Of a stretch of DNA of 20,000 nt, positions 1 through 7,662 are shown piece after piece. The stretch is from an uncultured virus (IMG/VR IMGVR_UViG_3300044719_000152) (lineage: Duplodnaviria > Heunggongvirae > Uroviricota > Caudoviricetes): IMG/VR virus record IMGVR_UViG_3300044719_000152; one strand, given 5' to 3'. The notes beneath the pieces are model-generated. The model worked only from the letters and a program-made list of their open reading frames with translations, did no database searches and had not been told where the DNA came from. Both the position numbers and the translations under genes were made by a program. Positions within the stretch are counted from its first letter, which is position 1; every line of letters begins with the position of its first letter.

Positions 1-1008
1 GCTGGTGGCGCCGGTGTCGAGGGCGAAGCTGAACTCGTCCTCGTCGGAGTTGACGGCGTCGGCGGTGTCGGTGTCCGGCGCGGTGAGCGCGTACCGCTGG
101 GGGAAGGCTTGGTAGTCGACGCCAGCCATGTGGCTGAGGATCAGCTTGTGGATCGCGTCCTGCGGGCCGAACGCGGACAGGTGCTCCGGCTTGCCGTACG
201 GCCGGCTGGCCGCGCGGAAGTGAAAGACGGGGACCTCGTTGAACGGATTTACGAGCGGCCACTCGTCACCCGGGTTGTCCCGGTACGGGTGCATGTCGCC
301 GGCCTCGACGTTGGTGACGCCCTCCTTGGAGATGAACCGCTCGATCCGGTCCGGGTAGTACAGGTCGATGCGGACCTGCTGGGTGTTGTTCAAGATCCAT
401 TTCTTGACCGCGTACCGCTTCCGCAATGGGCGCTCGGGGTCGTAGAAGACCCGGCAGCAGTGCGGGCTGTTGTAGAAGATGTCGACGTTGAGGAACCCGT
501 CGGCGTCGGTGTCGAGCAACTGGGGCGAGCCGTCGCCCTCGAAGTCGTCGGCGCCGTCCGGGGCGGTGGGCCAGACGATGACGTAGGCGTCGCCGTACTC
601 GCACGCCTTGAGCATGATGTGCGGGGCCTCGAGGTCGAGCTGGTTGTCCCGCCACATGTCCTCGATGCGGGCGTTGCTGTTCTCGTCGGTCGCGGAGACG
701 GCGTTTATCTCCAGGCGGTCGACGACAGCGTCCACGGGGGTCTTGGCGAAGTTGAACCGGAACCCCACACCGGTGCGGGCCATGGCGCGGCGGAGCCGGA
801 TCGAGGCGAAGAACTCGGGGACGGTGCCCTCGTAGTAGTTCTCGGCGCGCTGGTAGAGCACCGCGGAGGTGGTGAGGGATTCGATCGCGTTCTGCAGGTC
901 CGAGGGCGATGATGGGCGCCATACGCCGTAGGCAGAATCCGACATGAGGGTAGGGGTGGCCGCGACGCCCATGGTGGCCTGATCGGTCAACGCGAGGTTC
1001 TTGTCCAC
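1..1008 (-). CDS. Phage portal protein (SPP1 gp6-like), 3' end beyond the window edge
   Basis: Not in the ORF track because it is open at the edge. Manual translation from GTG at 1008, after AGGAGG: MDKNLAL...AENYYEGTVPEFFAS...FRFNFAKTPVDAVVDRLEI...MWRDNQLD...ACEYGDAYVIVWP...YQAFPQRYAL. These are typical actinophage portal motifs, directly downstream of the terminase large subunit. Confidence 0.9.
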   Translation of the reverse strand, partial: MDKNLALTDQATMGVAATPTLMSDSAYGVWRPSSPSDLQNAIESLTTSAVLYQRAENYYEGTVPEFFASIRLRRAMARTGVGFRFNFAKTPVDAVVDRLEINAVSATDENSNARIEDMWRDNQLDLEAPHIMLKACEYGDAYVIVWPTAPDGADDFEGDGSPQLLDTDADGFLNVDIFYNSPHCCRVFYDPERPLRKRYAVKKWILNNTQQVRIDLYYPDRIERFISKEGVTNVEAGDMHPYRDNPGDEWPLVNPFNEVPVFHFRAASRPYGKPEHLSAFGPQDAIHKLILSHMAGVDYQAFPQRYALTAPDTDTADAVNSDEDEFSFALDTGATS

Positions 1009-1077
1009 GGGCGTCCTCCTGTGCGCGGATATGCACAGGGTAAACGCGCTGTGCGGCTATTCCGGTAACGGACCGCG

Positions 1078-1109
1078 ACATTAGCAGTGTGTGAAAACAA
1101 TGCTGTCGA
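1078..1109 (-). promoter_or_regulatory. Putative extended -10 promoter for the portal/structural genes
   Basis: The minus strand reads TCGACA-N20-TAATGT with TGn directly before the -10 (TGCTAATGT, 1078-1086), in an AT-richer 119-bp gap between terminase and portal. Confidence 0.45.
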
Positions 1110-1127
1110 GAATTGTTTGCGCACGAT

Positions 1128-2732
1128 TCAAGAGGCGATGTCATCGGCATCGAACCCAGCCGGCGGCAGCACGGTGACCTTCGACTTCTTGCCCGGCTTG
1201 AGGAACATGTCGATGCCGGTGCCAATCGCATCCACCAGGTCGTCATGCGCGCCCTTGGGGAAGCCGACCATCTGCTCCTCGGCCTGCGTCAGCGGACGCT
1301 CGTGTACGACGTACGGCAGCCCGTCCGGCCGGCGGCGCTGGTACCAGTTCAGGGCGCGGGCGGCCCGGACCTCCTTGGCCTCGCCCTGGTGCACCGGTTT
1401 GATCGGCAGCGGGAGTCCCTTGAGGACGCTGTCCCGCCAGACTTGGCCGCCCTGGTTCGTCTCGACCACCACGCCGCGCGTCTCCGGGAACTCCTCCAGC
1501 ACCTCCAGCACCCACTTGCGGAGCGGCTCGCCGGGCTGGACGCGCCGGGCGTGGGCGTAGCGGACGACGACCCGCCGGTGGTGCGCCGAGTAGGCAACGA
1601 CGGCCAGCGCGGTGAAGTCGCTCTTGCCCTTGTCGGTGACCGCCGGGTCAATCGACAGCAGCTGGTGCGTGAGTGCAGGCACGGTGGCGTGGACGAAGTC
1701 CTCTTCGCGCCAGTACTCACCGTCCCGACCCATGGGGTCGTTGGCGTAGTTCTTCTTGTAGGCGCGGGTGTGCCGGATCGATTCGAGGTAGGCCAGTGGC
1801 CACTTCGCCGGCCACAGGCTCCGCTCGGCGCCAGTCTCGTCGTCGCGGACGATCGCCGGGTAGTAGTGGACTCGCCAGTGCTCGTCGGCAATCCACGGCG
1901 GGTGTTCCTCGCCGGGCTTGGTGACGGTCTTGACCAAGTCGTGCACGATGGAGCCCGGCATGGTGACGGTGCCGACCAGGACCACGCGGGCATAGACGTT
2001 GAGCGGCAGGATCGCGTCGAGCAGTGTGGAGAGCCGCTTCTCCTTGAGATATGGCGAGTAGTTCGACTCGTCGGGCTCGACGTCGTCCAGCACGATCAGG
2101 TCTGGCCGCCGCTCAGCGACCTTCATGCCGAGGGCGGCGCCGTCGACACCGCGGGCGGCGAACACGAACCCGGACTTGGTGATCAGCATGCCGCGGTTGT
2201 CGGACTCGGTGCTTCCGCGCGGCCGGCGGGCCGGCGTGCACAGCTGGGGGAAGTCCAGCGCCAGCAACGCGTTCTGGTCGAGCTCGCGCTTGAACGTCTG
2301 GAGGTGCAACTCGGCCTGCGTGGCGGAGTGTGCAAAGGCGGCGCAGAACCGGCGGTGCCCATGCGCCGCGGACCAGAGGGGCAGCACGAGGAAGAACCAG
2401 GTGCTCTTACCGACGCCGCGGGGGCCGACGTAGGTATCCCGGTCCTCCGCCGGGTTGTCGGATGGGAGCGCCCACTTCTTCGCCTCGACGACGACGTCCA
2501 GGTGGAACTCGCTGAACGTGATGCGCTCGCCGGTCTCCTTACCCCGCAGGTGGTGCGGCAGATACAGCAAGGCGAACAAGAGCGGGTCGTACTTGGTGAG
2601 GAGCCGCCGGCACTCGGCGATCTCCAGCATCCGCGGGTCGAACTGCGCGAGGTACGCGTCCAGGTTGAAGCCGACCCCCGACGCCGGGTCTGCCGGGTCG
2701 GGGGTCGGCTCGTGATCCTGGACAGCGGTCAC
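1128..2732 (-). CDS. terL: Terminase large subunit
   Basis: Walker A GPRGVGKST, Walker B PDLIVLDDVE, RNase H-like nuclease motifs SIDPAVTDKGKSDFTALAVV, VVETNQGG and FPKGAHDDLVDA; adjacent to the portal gene. Confidence 0.95.
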   Translation of the reverse strand: MTAVQDHEPTPDPADPASGVGFNLDAYLAQFDPRMLEIAECRRLLTKYDPLLFALLYLPHHLRGKETGERITFSEFHLDVVVEAKKWALPSDNPAEDRDTYVGPRGVGKSTWFFLVLPLWSAAHGHRRFCAAFAHSATQAELHLQTFKRELDQNALLALDFPQLCTPARRPRGSTESDNRGMLITKSGFVFAARGVDGAALGMKVAERRPDLIVLDDVEPDESNYSPYLKEKRLSTLLDAILPLNVYARVVLVGTVTMPGSIVHDLVKTVTKPGEEHPPWIADEHWRVHYYPAIVRDDETGAERSLWPAKWPLAYLESIRHTRAYKKNYANDPMGRDGEYWREEDFVHATVPALTHQLLSIDPAVTDKGKSDFTALAVVAYSAHHRRVVVRYAHARRVQPGEPLRKWVLEVLEEFPETRGVVVETNQGGQVWRDSVLKGLPLPIKPVHQGEAKEVRAARALNWYQRRRPDGLPYVVHERPLTQAEEQMVGFPKGAHDDLVDAIGTGIDMFLKPGKKSKVTVLPPAGFDADDIAS

Positions 2733-2863
2733 ACCTGCTCCGGCGGTCGGTGAGCGTCACAGCACCCGTCGGCCGTGACCTGGCCAACGCACTCCTCGCT
2801 GTCGCGTTGGCACGGCAGGTATTCCTCGTCGGACACGAGCGGGCGGTCGAACCCGGGGCTCAT
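2729..2863 (-). CDS. Small Cys-rich hypothetical protein (44 aa), below the ORF-track cut-off
   Basis: MSPGFDRPLVSDEEYLPCQRDSEECVGQVTADGCCDAHRPPEQV. ATGA overlap with the upstream gene and GTGA overlap with terL, so it fills the gap exactly. Confidence 0.6.
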   Translation of the reverse strand: MSPGFDRPLVSDEEYLPCQRDSEECVGQVTADGCCDAHRPPEQV

Positions 2864-3165
2864 GCCGGCCACGCCCAGTTGCCCGGCTGGTCGCCCTCGA
2901 CGCGCGAGGTCGCCCAGTACTGGCCGTACCCGTCGAGTTGCACCATCAGGTTGGCCGTGGTGGTCGACGGGTCGAACACGGCGACGATCGTCGCTGGGTA
3001 GATCTGGCCGGCGTGGACCGAGTTGCGCTGGTAGATGTCGTACTCGCCGCCGTCGAGGCGGGTGCCCTTCCGGTGCTGCGGCGCGTGGGAGTCGATGAGG
3101 GCAAGGTCGCCCTCGCTGACCTTGTAGAGGACGTGCGCGCCGATGCTCGGCTTCTGGTCGGTCAT
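2860..3165 (-). CDS. Hypothetical phage protein (101 aa)
   Basis: GGAG RBS, protein-like composition (KPSIGAHVLYKV...PATIVAVF...ANLMVQLDG...GNWAWPA), co-oriented in the operon. Confidence 0.8.
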   Translation of the reverse strand: MTDQKPSIGAHVLYKVSEGDLALIDSHAPQHRKGTRLDGGEYDIYQRNSVHAGQIYPATIVAVFDPSTTTANLMVQLDGYGQYWATSRVEGDQPGNWAWPA

Positions 3166-3242
3166 GTCACTCTCCGTTCATCAGCATTTGCAAGTGCGAG
3201 TGTTTCGCCGGGGATCTCCGGCACTTGCGTCACGGTCAGTTG

Positions 3243-3953
3243 CTATCCAACCCACCGCCACGGCACCGGGTCTGGTCGGAGCGCCGCGTTCAGCGCGTCG
3301 TGGTGGACCACGACGGCCGTCCCAGGTGGTACGAGCGGGCTGTACCGGATCGGCAGGTCGGGCATCGCGCCGACGGCGACGCGCGTCATCACGGCGGGAC
3401 CGTCGGCCGCTCGGCAGTAGAGGGCGCGGCCGGTCAGCTCGGTCGGCTCATGCCGTGCCTGCTGCATGTGGGCAACGGCGACGCGCGCTGCGTCTGCGAT
3501 GTGCCGCTCCAGCTCGCTCGCCGGCGCGACCGCCGCAGGCATGGCCAGCGGGGAGAAGTCGAGCACCTCGACGGGCTCCTCCTCGACGTTCCCCGCGGTG
3601 ATCCGGTACGACCGCACCTCGGGCTCGTCGGCGCGGAGCGAGACGATGACGTAGTGCGCGTCCGGTTCGGCGGCGTACCGCACATCCGGCGCGGACGGGT
3701 ACGCCTCGGTGGCCGGGTGGGAGTGGTAGATGACCACCGGTTGCTCGCCGCGCCGGTCCATGTCGAGCCACACGGCGAGCTGCTCGCCGGGGTCCATCTC
3801 GTAGCGGCTGCGGGACTGGGCGGCGTTGCGCATGGGGACGTGCCGCTCGGCGAGCCCATCCCGGCCGGCGAGCACGCCGCACGCTTCGAGGGGTGCTTCG
3901 GCGCGGCAGTGGGCGACCATGGCGTCCAGGAGGTCACGGCGTAGGCGCAGCAC
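3243..3953 (-). CDS. JAB/MPN+ (JAMM, M67) metallopeptidase, Mec-like, with a ~100-aa C-terminal extension
   Basis: EACGVLAG and IYHSHPATEAYPSAPD match E...HxH-x7-S-x2-D. The N-terminal ~133 aa closely resemble my recollection of mycobacterial Mec/Rv1334 (AMVAH, PVVIYHSH, EPDAHYV, RSYRI, EEPV). Start moved to GTG 3953 after GGAGG. Confidence 0.9.
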   Translation of the reverse strand: MLRLRRDLLDAMVAHCRAEAPLEACGVLAGRDGLAERHVPMRNAAQSRSRYEMDPGEQLAVWLDMDRRGEQPVVIYHSHPATEAYPSAPDVRYAAEPDAHYVIVSLRADEPEVRSYRITAGNVEEEPVEVLDFSPLAMPAAVAPASELERHIADAARVAVAHMQQARHEPTELTGRALYCRAADGPAVMTRVAVGAMPDLPIRYSPLVPPGTAVVVHHDALNAALRPDPVPWRWVG

Positions 3954-4137
3954 TGGGTGCCTCCGGTTCATCCAGGGCGGCGCGCAGGCCGTCGATGATG
4001 TACTGCACGGAGCCCGACGCGCGGTGCTCCTCGTCGTGCTCCAGCGACGTGATCGCCTCGCGGATCGCGGCGCCGAGCCGGTCGACGCGGCGGCCGAGGA
4101 TCCGGGCCAGCGCGGTCGAGGTGGCCGAGGCGCTCAT
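3934..4137 (-). CDS. Hypothetical protein (67 aa)
   Basis: MSASATSTALARILGRRVDRLGAAIREAI...; ATGA overlap with the upstream gene; this is the C-terminal part of track ORF 3934..4395. Confidence 0.6.
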   Translation of the reverse strand: MSASATSTALARILGRRVDRLGAAIREAITSLEHDEEHRASGSVQYIIDGLRAALDEPEAPSAAPTP

Positions 4138-4331
4138 GCCGGCTTCCCCTTGACCTCGACCCAGTCGACGGCGGTGAGGTTGATGAGGCGCTGGCCGGAC
4201 GCGTCGTTGATGGTGAGGACGCCACCGAAGCCGAGGTCGTCGACCAACGCGGTGAACTGCTTCAGCTCGTCGTCGGTGGGGCTGTAGGCGACGGTGTCGC
4301 CGTTGCGCATGTGCAGGACGATCGGGATCAC
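4134..4331 (-). CDS. Hypothetical small protein (65 aa)
   Basis: MIPIVLHMRNGDTV...RLINLTAVDWVEVKGKPA; GTGA overlap with the HNH-like gene and an AGGAG RBS. Confidence 0.7.
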   Translation of the reverse strand: MIPIVLHMRNGDTVAYSPTDDELKQFTALVDDLGFGGVLTINDASGQRLINLTAVDWVEVKGKPA

Positions 4332-4804
4332 GGCTGCTCCTTCGAAGCGGGCGGCCACTCGCTGGCCGGCACGAACTCGGCCGGCGGCGGCGCACCCGCG
4401 CGCCGATACCGCAGCGGCTCCCAGAACGGGCCCGGCAGCACGTGCACGCCGAGGTGCGTCCGGTGGTGCGTCGCGCACAGCGGCTCTAGGTTCCCCGGCC
4501 CCTCGATCCACGCCTGGAAATCGGCGTCGGACTCGAAGTGCAGGCCGAACGCCGCGGCGACCTTGTCCGGGTCCATGTTGTTGACCTCGGAGAACTCGAT
4601 GTGGCTGTGGTGCAGCTCGATCGGGCCGCCGCACAGGTCGTCGCCGATGACGCACTTCCACAGGCCCTGCCGATGGAGCCGGGCCTTGGCCTGCATGAAC
4701 AGGTGGTAGTGCGGGTCGGACTCGCGGGGTTGGTGCTCCGGGACGTGGGCGAGGATGTGCAGCGTTAGTCGCTGCTCGTGCGCCGGCGTCGGGTGGTCAA
4801 CCAT
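4328..4804 (-). CDS. HNH endonuclease-like protein, probably packaging-associated
   Basis: CVIGDDLC...IELHH...NLEPLCATHH...H fits an HNH/zinc pattern with a long insert; lies between the putative terminase subunits. Confidence 0.65.
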   Translation of the reverse strand: MVDHPTPAHEQRLTLHILAHVPEHQPRESDPHYHLFMQAKARLHRQGLWKCVIGDDLCGGPIELHHSHIEFSEVNNMDPDKVAAAFGLHFESDADFQAWIEGPGNLEPLCATHHRTHLGVHVLPGPFWEPLRYRRAGAPPPAEFVPASEWPPASKEQP

Positions 4805-5096
4805 CAGTCGGCTCCTTCGGCTTGGCGTCCTTCAACTCCGCGTCCGCCCACCGGCCCCAGAACTCCGCCTGCGCCTGGGCTATCGCCATCTGGAAGTCGA
4901 GCTCGGCCGTGGCCGCCGCCTTCACGGCTTCCTCGATGGCCTGCACCGTCCGGCACGGCCACGTCTGCGGGTTCTCGCCAGCGCACTCCGCGCAGCTGCC
5001 GTACTCCTCGTGATGCAGCCGCAGCACCGCCGCCGCGACAGGGTTCGCACTCGACACGCGGGCCAGTTCCACCACGCGGTCCCAGTCAGCTGCCAT
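4797..5096 (-). CDS. Hypothetical zinc-binding phage protein
   Basis: LH...CAEC...WPCRTV pattern common in actinophage small proteins; overlaps both neighbours. Confidence 0.75.
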   Translation of the reverse strand: MAADWDRVVELARVSSANPVAAAVLRLHHEEYGSCAECAGENPQTWPCRTVQAIEEAVKAAATAELDFQMAIAQAQAEFWGRWADAELKDAKPKEPTDG

Positions 5097-5625
5097 CGAC
5101 GCCGCCCTTCAACCGGGCCTCGGCCAGCGCGGCGTCGGCCTTGGCCTTGTTCACCATGTCGATCAGTTCGAGGTCCTGCTGCGTCGTCTCCGTCAGCGTC
5201 GCGTCGACCTTCAGCGCGCCCTCCGTGCCGTGGAGGCGCATCATGCGACCCACCAACGACTCGGCCCGGCCGATCGCCGCGAGCGTCACGCCGGGGTCCT
5301 CCAGCGGTGCACCGTCCGGGCCACGCACGACGCGGCCGTCCGACACGAGCGGGTGCGGTGTGCGGATGATCTCGACGGCCCGGTTGAACAGCCGCTCCAG
5401 GCGGTCGTGCTGGACGCGGCGGTACTGCTCGCGAAGCGGGTCGACGGTCTCCCGGATCTCGCACTCCAGGCGCCGGCTGACGGTGGTCTTGGACAGGCCG
5501 GTGAGCTCGGCGATCTCGCGGAGGTTGTGGCCGGCGAGGTACAGCTCGTAGCAGATGCGTTGTTCTTCGGCGAAGTGTGCGTTGGTGTAGCGGGGCTTGC
5601 GGTAGGGCTGGATTCCCCCGGCCAT
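5086..5625 (-). CDS. HTH protein, putative terminase small subunit
   Basis: N-terminal HTH (LYLAGHNLREIAELTGLSKTTVSRRL) followed by a helical region, 179 aa, upstream of HNH and terL; AGGAGG RBS. Confidence 0.65.
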   Translation of the reverse strand: MAGGIQPYRKPRYTNAHFAEEQRICYELYLAGHNLREIAELTGLSKTTVSRRLECEIRETVDPLREQYRRVQHDRLERLFNRAVEIIRTPHPLVSDGRVVRGPDGAPLEDPGVTLAAIGRAESLVGRMMRLHGTEGALKVDATLTETTQQDLELIDMVNKAKADAALAEARLKGGVDGS

Positions 5626-5660
5626 CGCGTTCCACCTCCTACGTTCCGTTTGCCGGCGTG

Positions 5661-5891
5661 CTATTTGTTACGTGTGAGTGCGGCCCGGATTCGCGCGGCG
5701 CGTGTCCTTGTGGTTCCGTGCCCGGCCTTGTTCTTGGGGAGTGAGCGGTAACCAGTCTTCTTTCCGCGCTCGGCGACGATCTGCTCGGCCCAGCGGTGCG
5801 CGAAGGGCTTCTTCGTGGCGAACATCCATCGCCACTGAGCTTGCGAGTGGGCTGGACCTGGCGATTTGCGGTGTCCGTGTTCCTTGGGCAT
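5661..5891 (-). CDS. Small basic hypothetical phage protein
   Basis: SQAQWRWMFATKKPFAHRWA, highly basic; GGAGG RBS. Confidence 0.7.
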   Translation of the reverse strand: MPKEHGHRKSPGPAHSQAQWRWMFATKKPFAHRWAEQIVAERGKKTGYRSLPKNKAGHGTTRTRAARIRAALTRNK

Positions 5892-5925
5892 TCACGCCTC
5901 CCCGTCGTTGTTTCCCTGGCCAGTA

Positions 5926-6174
5926 TCACCCGCCGAGGTGCATGAGGGCGTCGGCGTCCGCCGTGGACGGAGTGGGCGCGTCTGTGCTGGTGGCGGGCTG
6001 GAGGGCGACGAGTTCGAGATGCAGCGTGCCCGTGGGGAGTTGGGTGGCGCGGACCTGGTGGTTGTCGGGGAGGAATTCGTTGGGGCGGATGCTGGCGGTT
6101 CCTCCGGCGCGGGCGACGAGTACGCAGAGCACTGCCTGCGTGATGTCTTTGTCCGTGCTTTCAACTTCGCTCAC
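5926..6174 (-). CDS. Hypothetical protein (82 aa) ending in -LGG; first gene of the packaging operon
   Basis: AGGAG RBS and GTG start; a folded-looking N-terminal part plus a P/T/A/D-rich tail. Confidence 0.7.
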   Translation of the reverse strand: MSEVESTDKDITQAVLCVLVARAGGTASIRPNEFLPDNHQVRATQLPTGTLHLELVALQPATSTDAPTPSTADADALMHLGG

Positions 6175-6363
6175 GGTGTGCTCCTAGCTATTCGCTGGGC
6201 GTTATCGCCATCGTGTTCGTGTTATCAAACCGTGGCGTGTCGGCGGGTCGGCGGCGTTTGTCTGTGGGTTAGCGTAGGCCGAGAGCCGTCGGCCGCCGCG
6301 ACTGTTGACACCGTTTCGTTGTGCGTGGCACCGATTGTTTTTCACGCACGAAAGGCGGTGCTG
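6175..6363. promoter_or_regulatory. Divergent promoter region between the packaging and glycosylation operons
   Basis: Non-coding gap between divergent starts; TTGACA at 6305-6310 (+), TACGCT at 6271-6276 (-), inverted repeat GTGCGTG(6321-6327)/CACGCAC(6343-6349). Confidence 0.6.
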
Positions 6364-6603
6364 ATGGATCCGCAGAACGAACCGACGTACGTCACACCCA
6401 GGCAGTTGGCGGAGCGTCTTGGCGTCACCCCGCAGAACGTGCTCTACCACGTGAGGCAGAAGCACATCGCGGCCGAGCGGCCCGGCGGACGGGACGTCCT
6501 GATCCCGGCGGCGGAGGCGGATCGGGTGGCGGCGATGTACCGGCCGCACGCCCAGCGGATCTGGCAGGCGCGGCGACCGGAGCAGGAGGCGAAGAGTGCC
6601 TGA
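6364..6603 (+). CDS. Excisionase/MerR-like helix-turn-helix DNA-binding protein (79 aa)
   Basis: YVTPRQLAERLGVTPQNVLYHVRQKHIAAERPGGRDVLIP matches the HTH_17/Xis-like pattern; AAAGG RBS. Confidence 0.8.
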   Translation: MDPQNEPTYVTPRQLAERLGVTPQNVLYHVRQKHIAAERPGGRDVLIPAAEADRVAAMYRPHAQRIWQARRPEQEAKSA

Positions 6604-7093
6604 CTGGTTTACGTCCGAGAACCTGGCACCGCAGGGGCCAGCACCGCAGAAGTACCTGCTGGAGTGGAAGAAGCTGGGGTTCTACCAGCCGCTGTCGCGC
6701 GATGTGGCCATCCCGCCCGGTGTCACGGGCGTTGAGCTGTCGGTCGACGAGACGCTCGGCTTCTGCTCCGAGCAGATCCTGCTGAAGCTGAAGGCGTTCG
6801 TGCTGACGCATCCGCTGGCCGAGCACGAGGTGACGCGGACGAAGGCGGTCGAGTGGCCGGCGACGCCGTGGCAGCACTGGAAGCAGCGCCACAGCGAGTC
6901 GTGGTGGCTGCGGTGGCTCGTGCAGCGGTGGCCAGTGCGAATGCAGCAGCAGGTCGTGGATTTCCGGGAGGCTTGGCAGGAGATGGCCGCGTACCCATGG
7001 CAGGACCGTCTGCCGCGGCTGTCCGGCTTGGGCAGCCCGTCTCGGATGGTGGAGGTTCTGGCGGCCGAGTGGAACGTCGAGGACACGCCGTGA
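6596..7093 (+). CDS. Hypothetical Trp-rich protein
   Basis: AGGAGG RBS, GTG start, overlaps both neighbours. Confidence 0.75.
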   Translation: MPDWFTSENLAPQGPAPQKYLLEWKKLGFYQPLSRDVAIPPGVTGVELSVDETLGFCSEQILLKLKAFVLTHPLAEHEVTRTKAVEWPATPWQHWKQRHSESWWLRWLVQRWPVRMQQQVVDFREAWQEMAAYPWQDRLPRLSGLGSPSRMVEVLAAEWNVEDTP

Positions 7094-7662
7094 GCGCGAC
7101 GATCGCGGCCCGGTTCATCGGCGGCCCGTACGACGGCCAGGTGGAGAACGTCCCGGCCGACTACGACCGGGACAAGCTGATCGGCCTGGTGCCGGCGCTC
7201 CGCACGATCCGCCGGGCGCAGCCGCCTGAGTTCCGCCTGGTGCCCTCCGGGCAGCCCGAGAGCGACGTCATGCGGGACCTGTACTACGACTGCCAGCACC
7301 GCGGCGGCGAGTGGGTGTACGTCCTGCACGGCACGGACCCGGCGGTGTTGCCGGAGAAGACCGATCCGGTGTTGGAGACGCTGCTGGCGCACATACGCCG
7401 CGAGTGGCCGAACCGGCGCGTCTTCGAGAAGTCCACCAGCGTGGACGTCTACGTGCACATGGACGGCGGCGACAGGCTTGAGGAGTACGTGAGCAAGCGC
7501 CTCTTGCTGGACCTGCACGATGTGGCTGGGGCCGAGAACATGATGCTGCTGTCGGTGGACGGACCACGGTGGCAGCAGACCGAGAGTGGCTACCACGACA
7601 CGTGCACGATCAGGGGGACGGCGATCCGCCGGTGCTGGCCGCGCAAGGAGGCCGGCGCGTGA
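7090..7662 (+). CDS. Hypothetical protein (190 aa)
   Basis: MSATIAARFIGGPYDGQ..., a phage-type FxGGPxDG motif; GTGA overlaps at both ends. Confidence 0.75.
   Translation: MSATIAARFIGGPYDGQVENVPADYDRDKLIGLVPALRTIRRAQPPEFRLVPSGQPESDVMRDLYYDCQHRGGEWVYVLHGTDPAVLPEKTDPVLETLLAHIRREWPNRRVFEKSTSVDVYVHMDGGDRLEEYVSKRLLLDLHDVAGAENMMLLSVDGPRWQQTESGYHDTCTIRGTAIRRCWPRKEAGA

Noticed and set aside
109..2753. Long plus-strand ORFs (109..912, 1113..2753) and similar antisense ORFs elsewhere
   Set aside because: Shadow frames of high-GC genes, opposite the clear portal, terminase and enzyme genes.
3162..3245. Open frame continuing past the JAB TAG stop (read-through or 23-aa ORF) with a GCAAGTGC/GCACTTGC inverted repeat
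   Set aside because: Too short, no clear RBS and no support for read-through; cannot be separated from chance.
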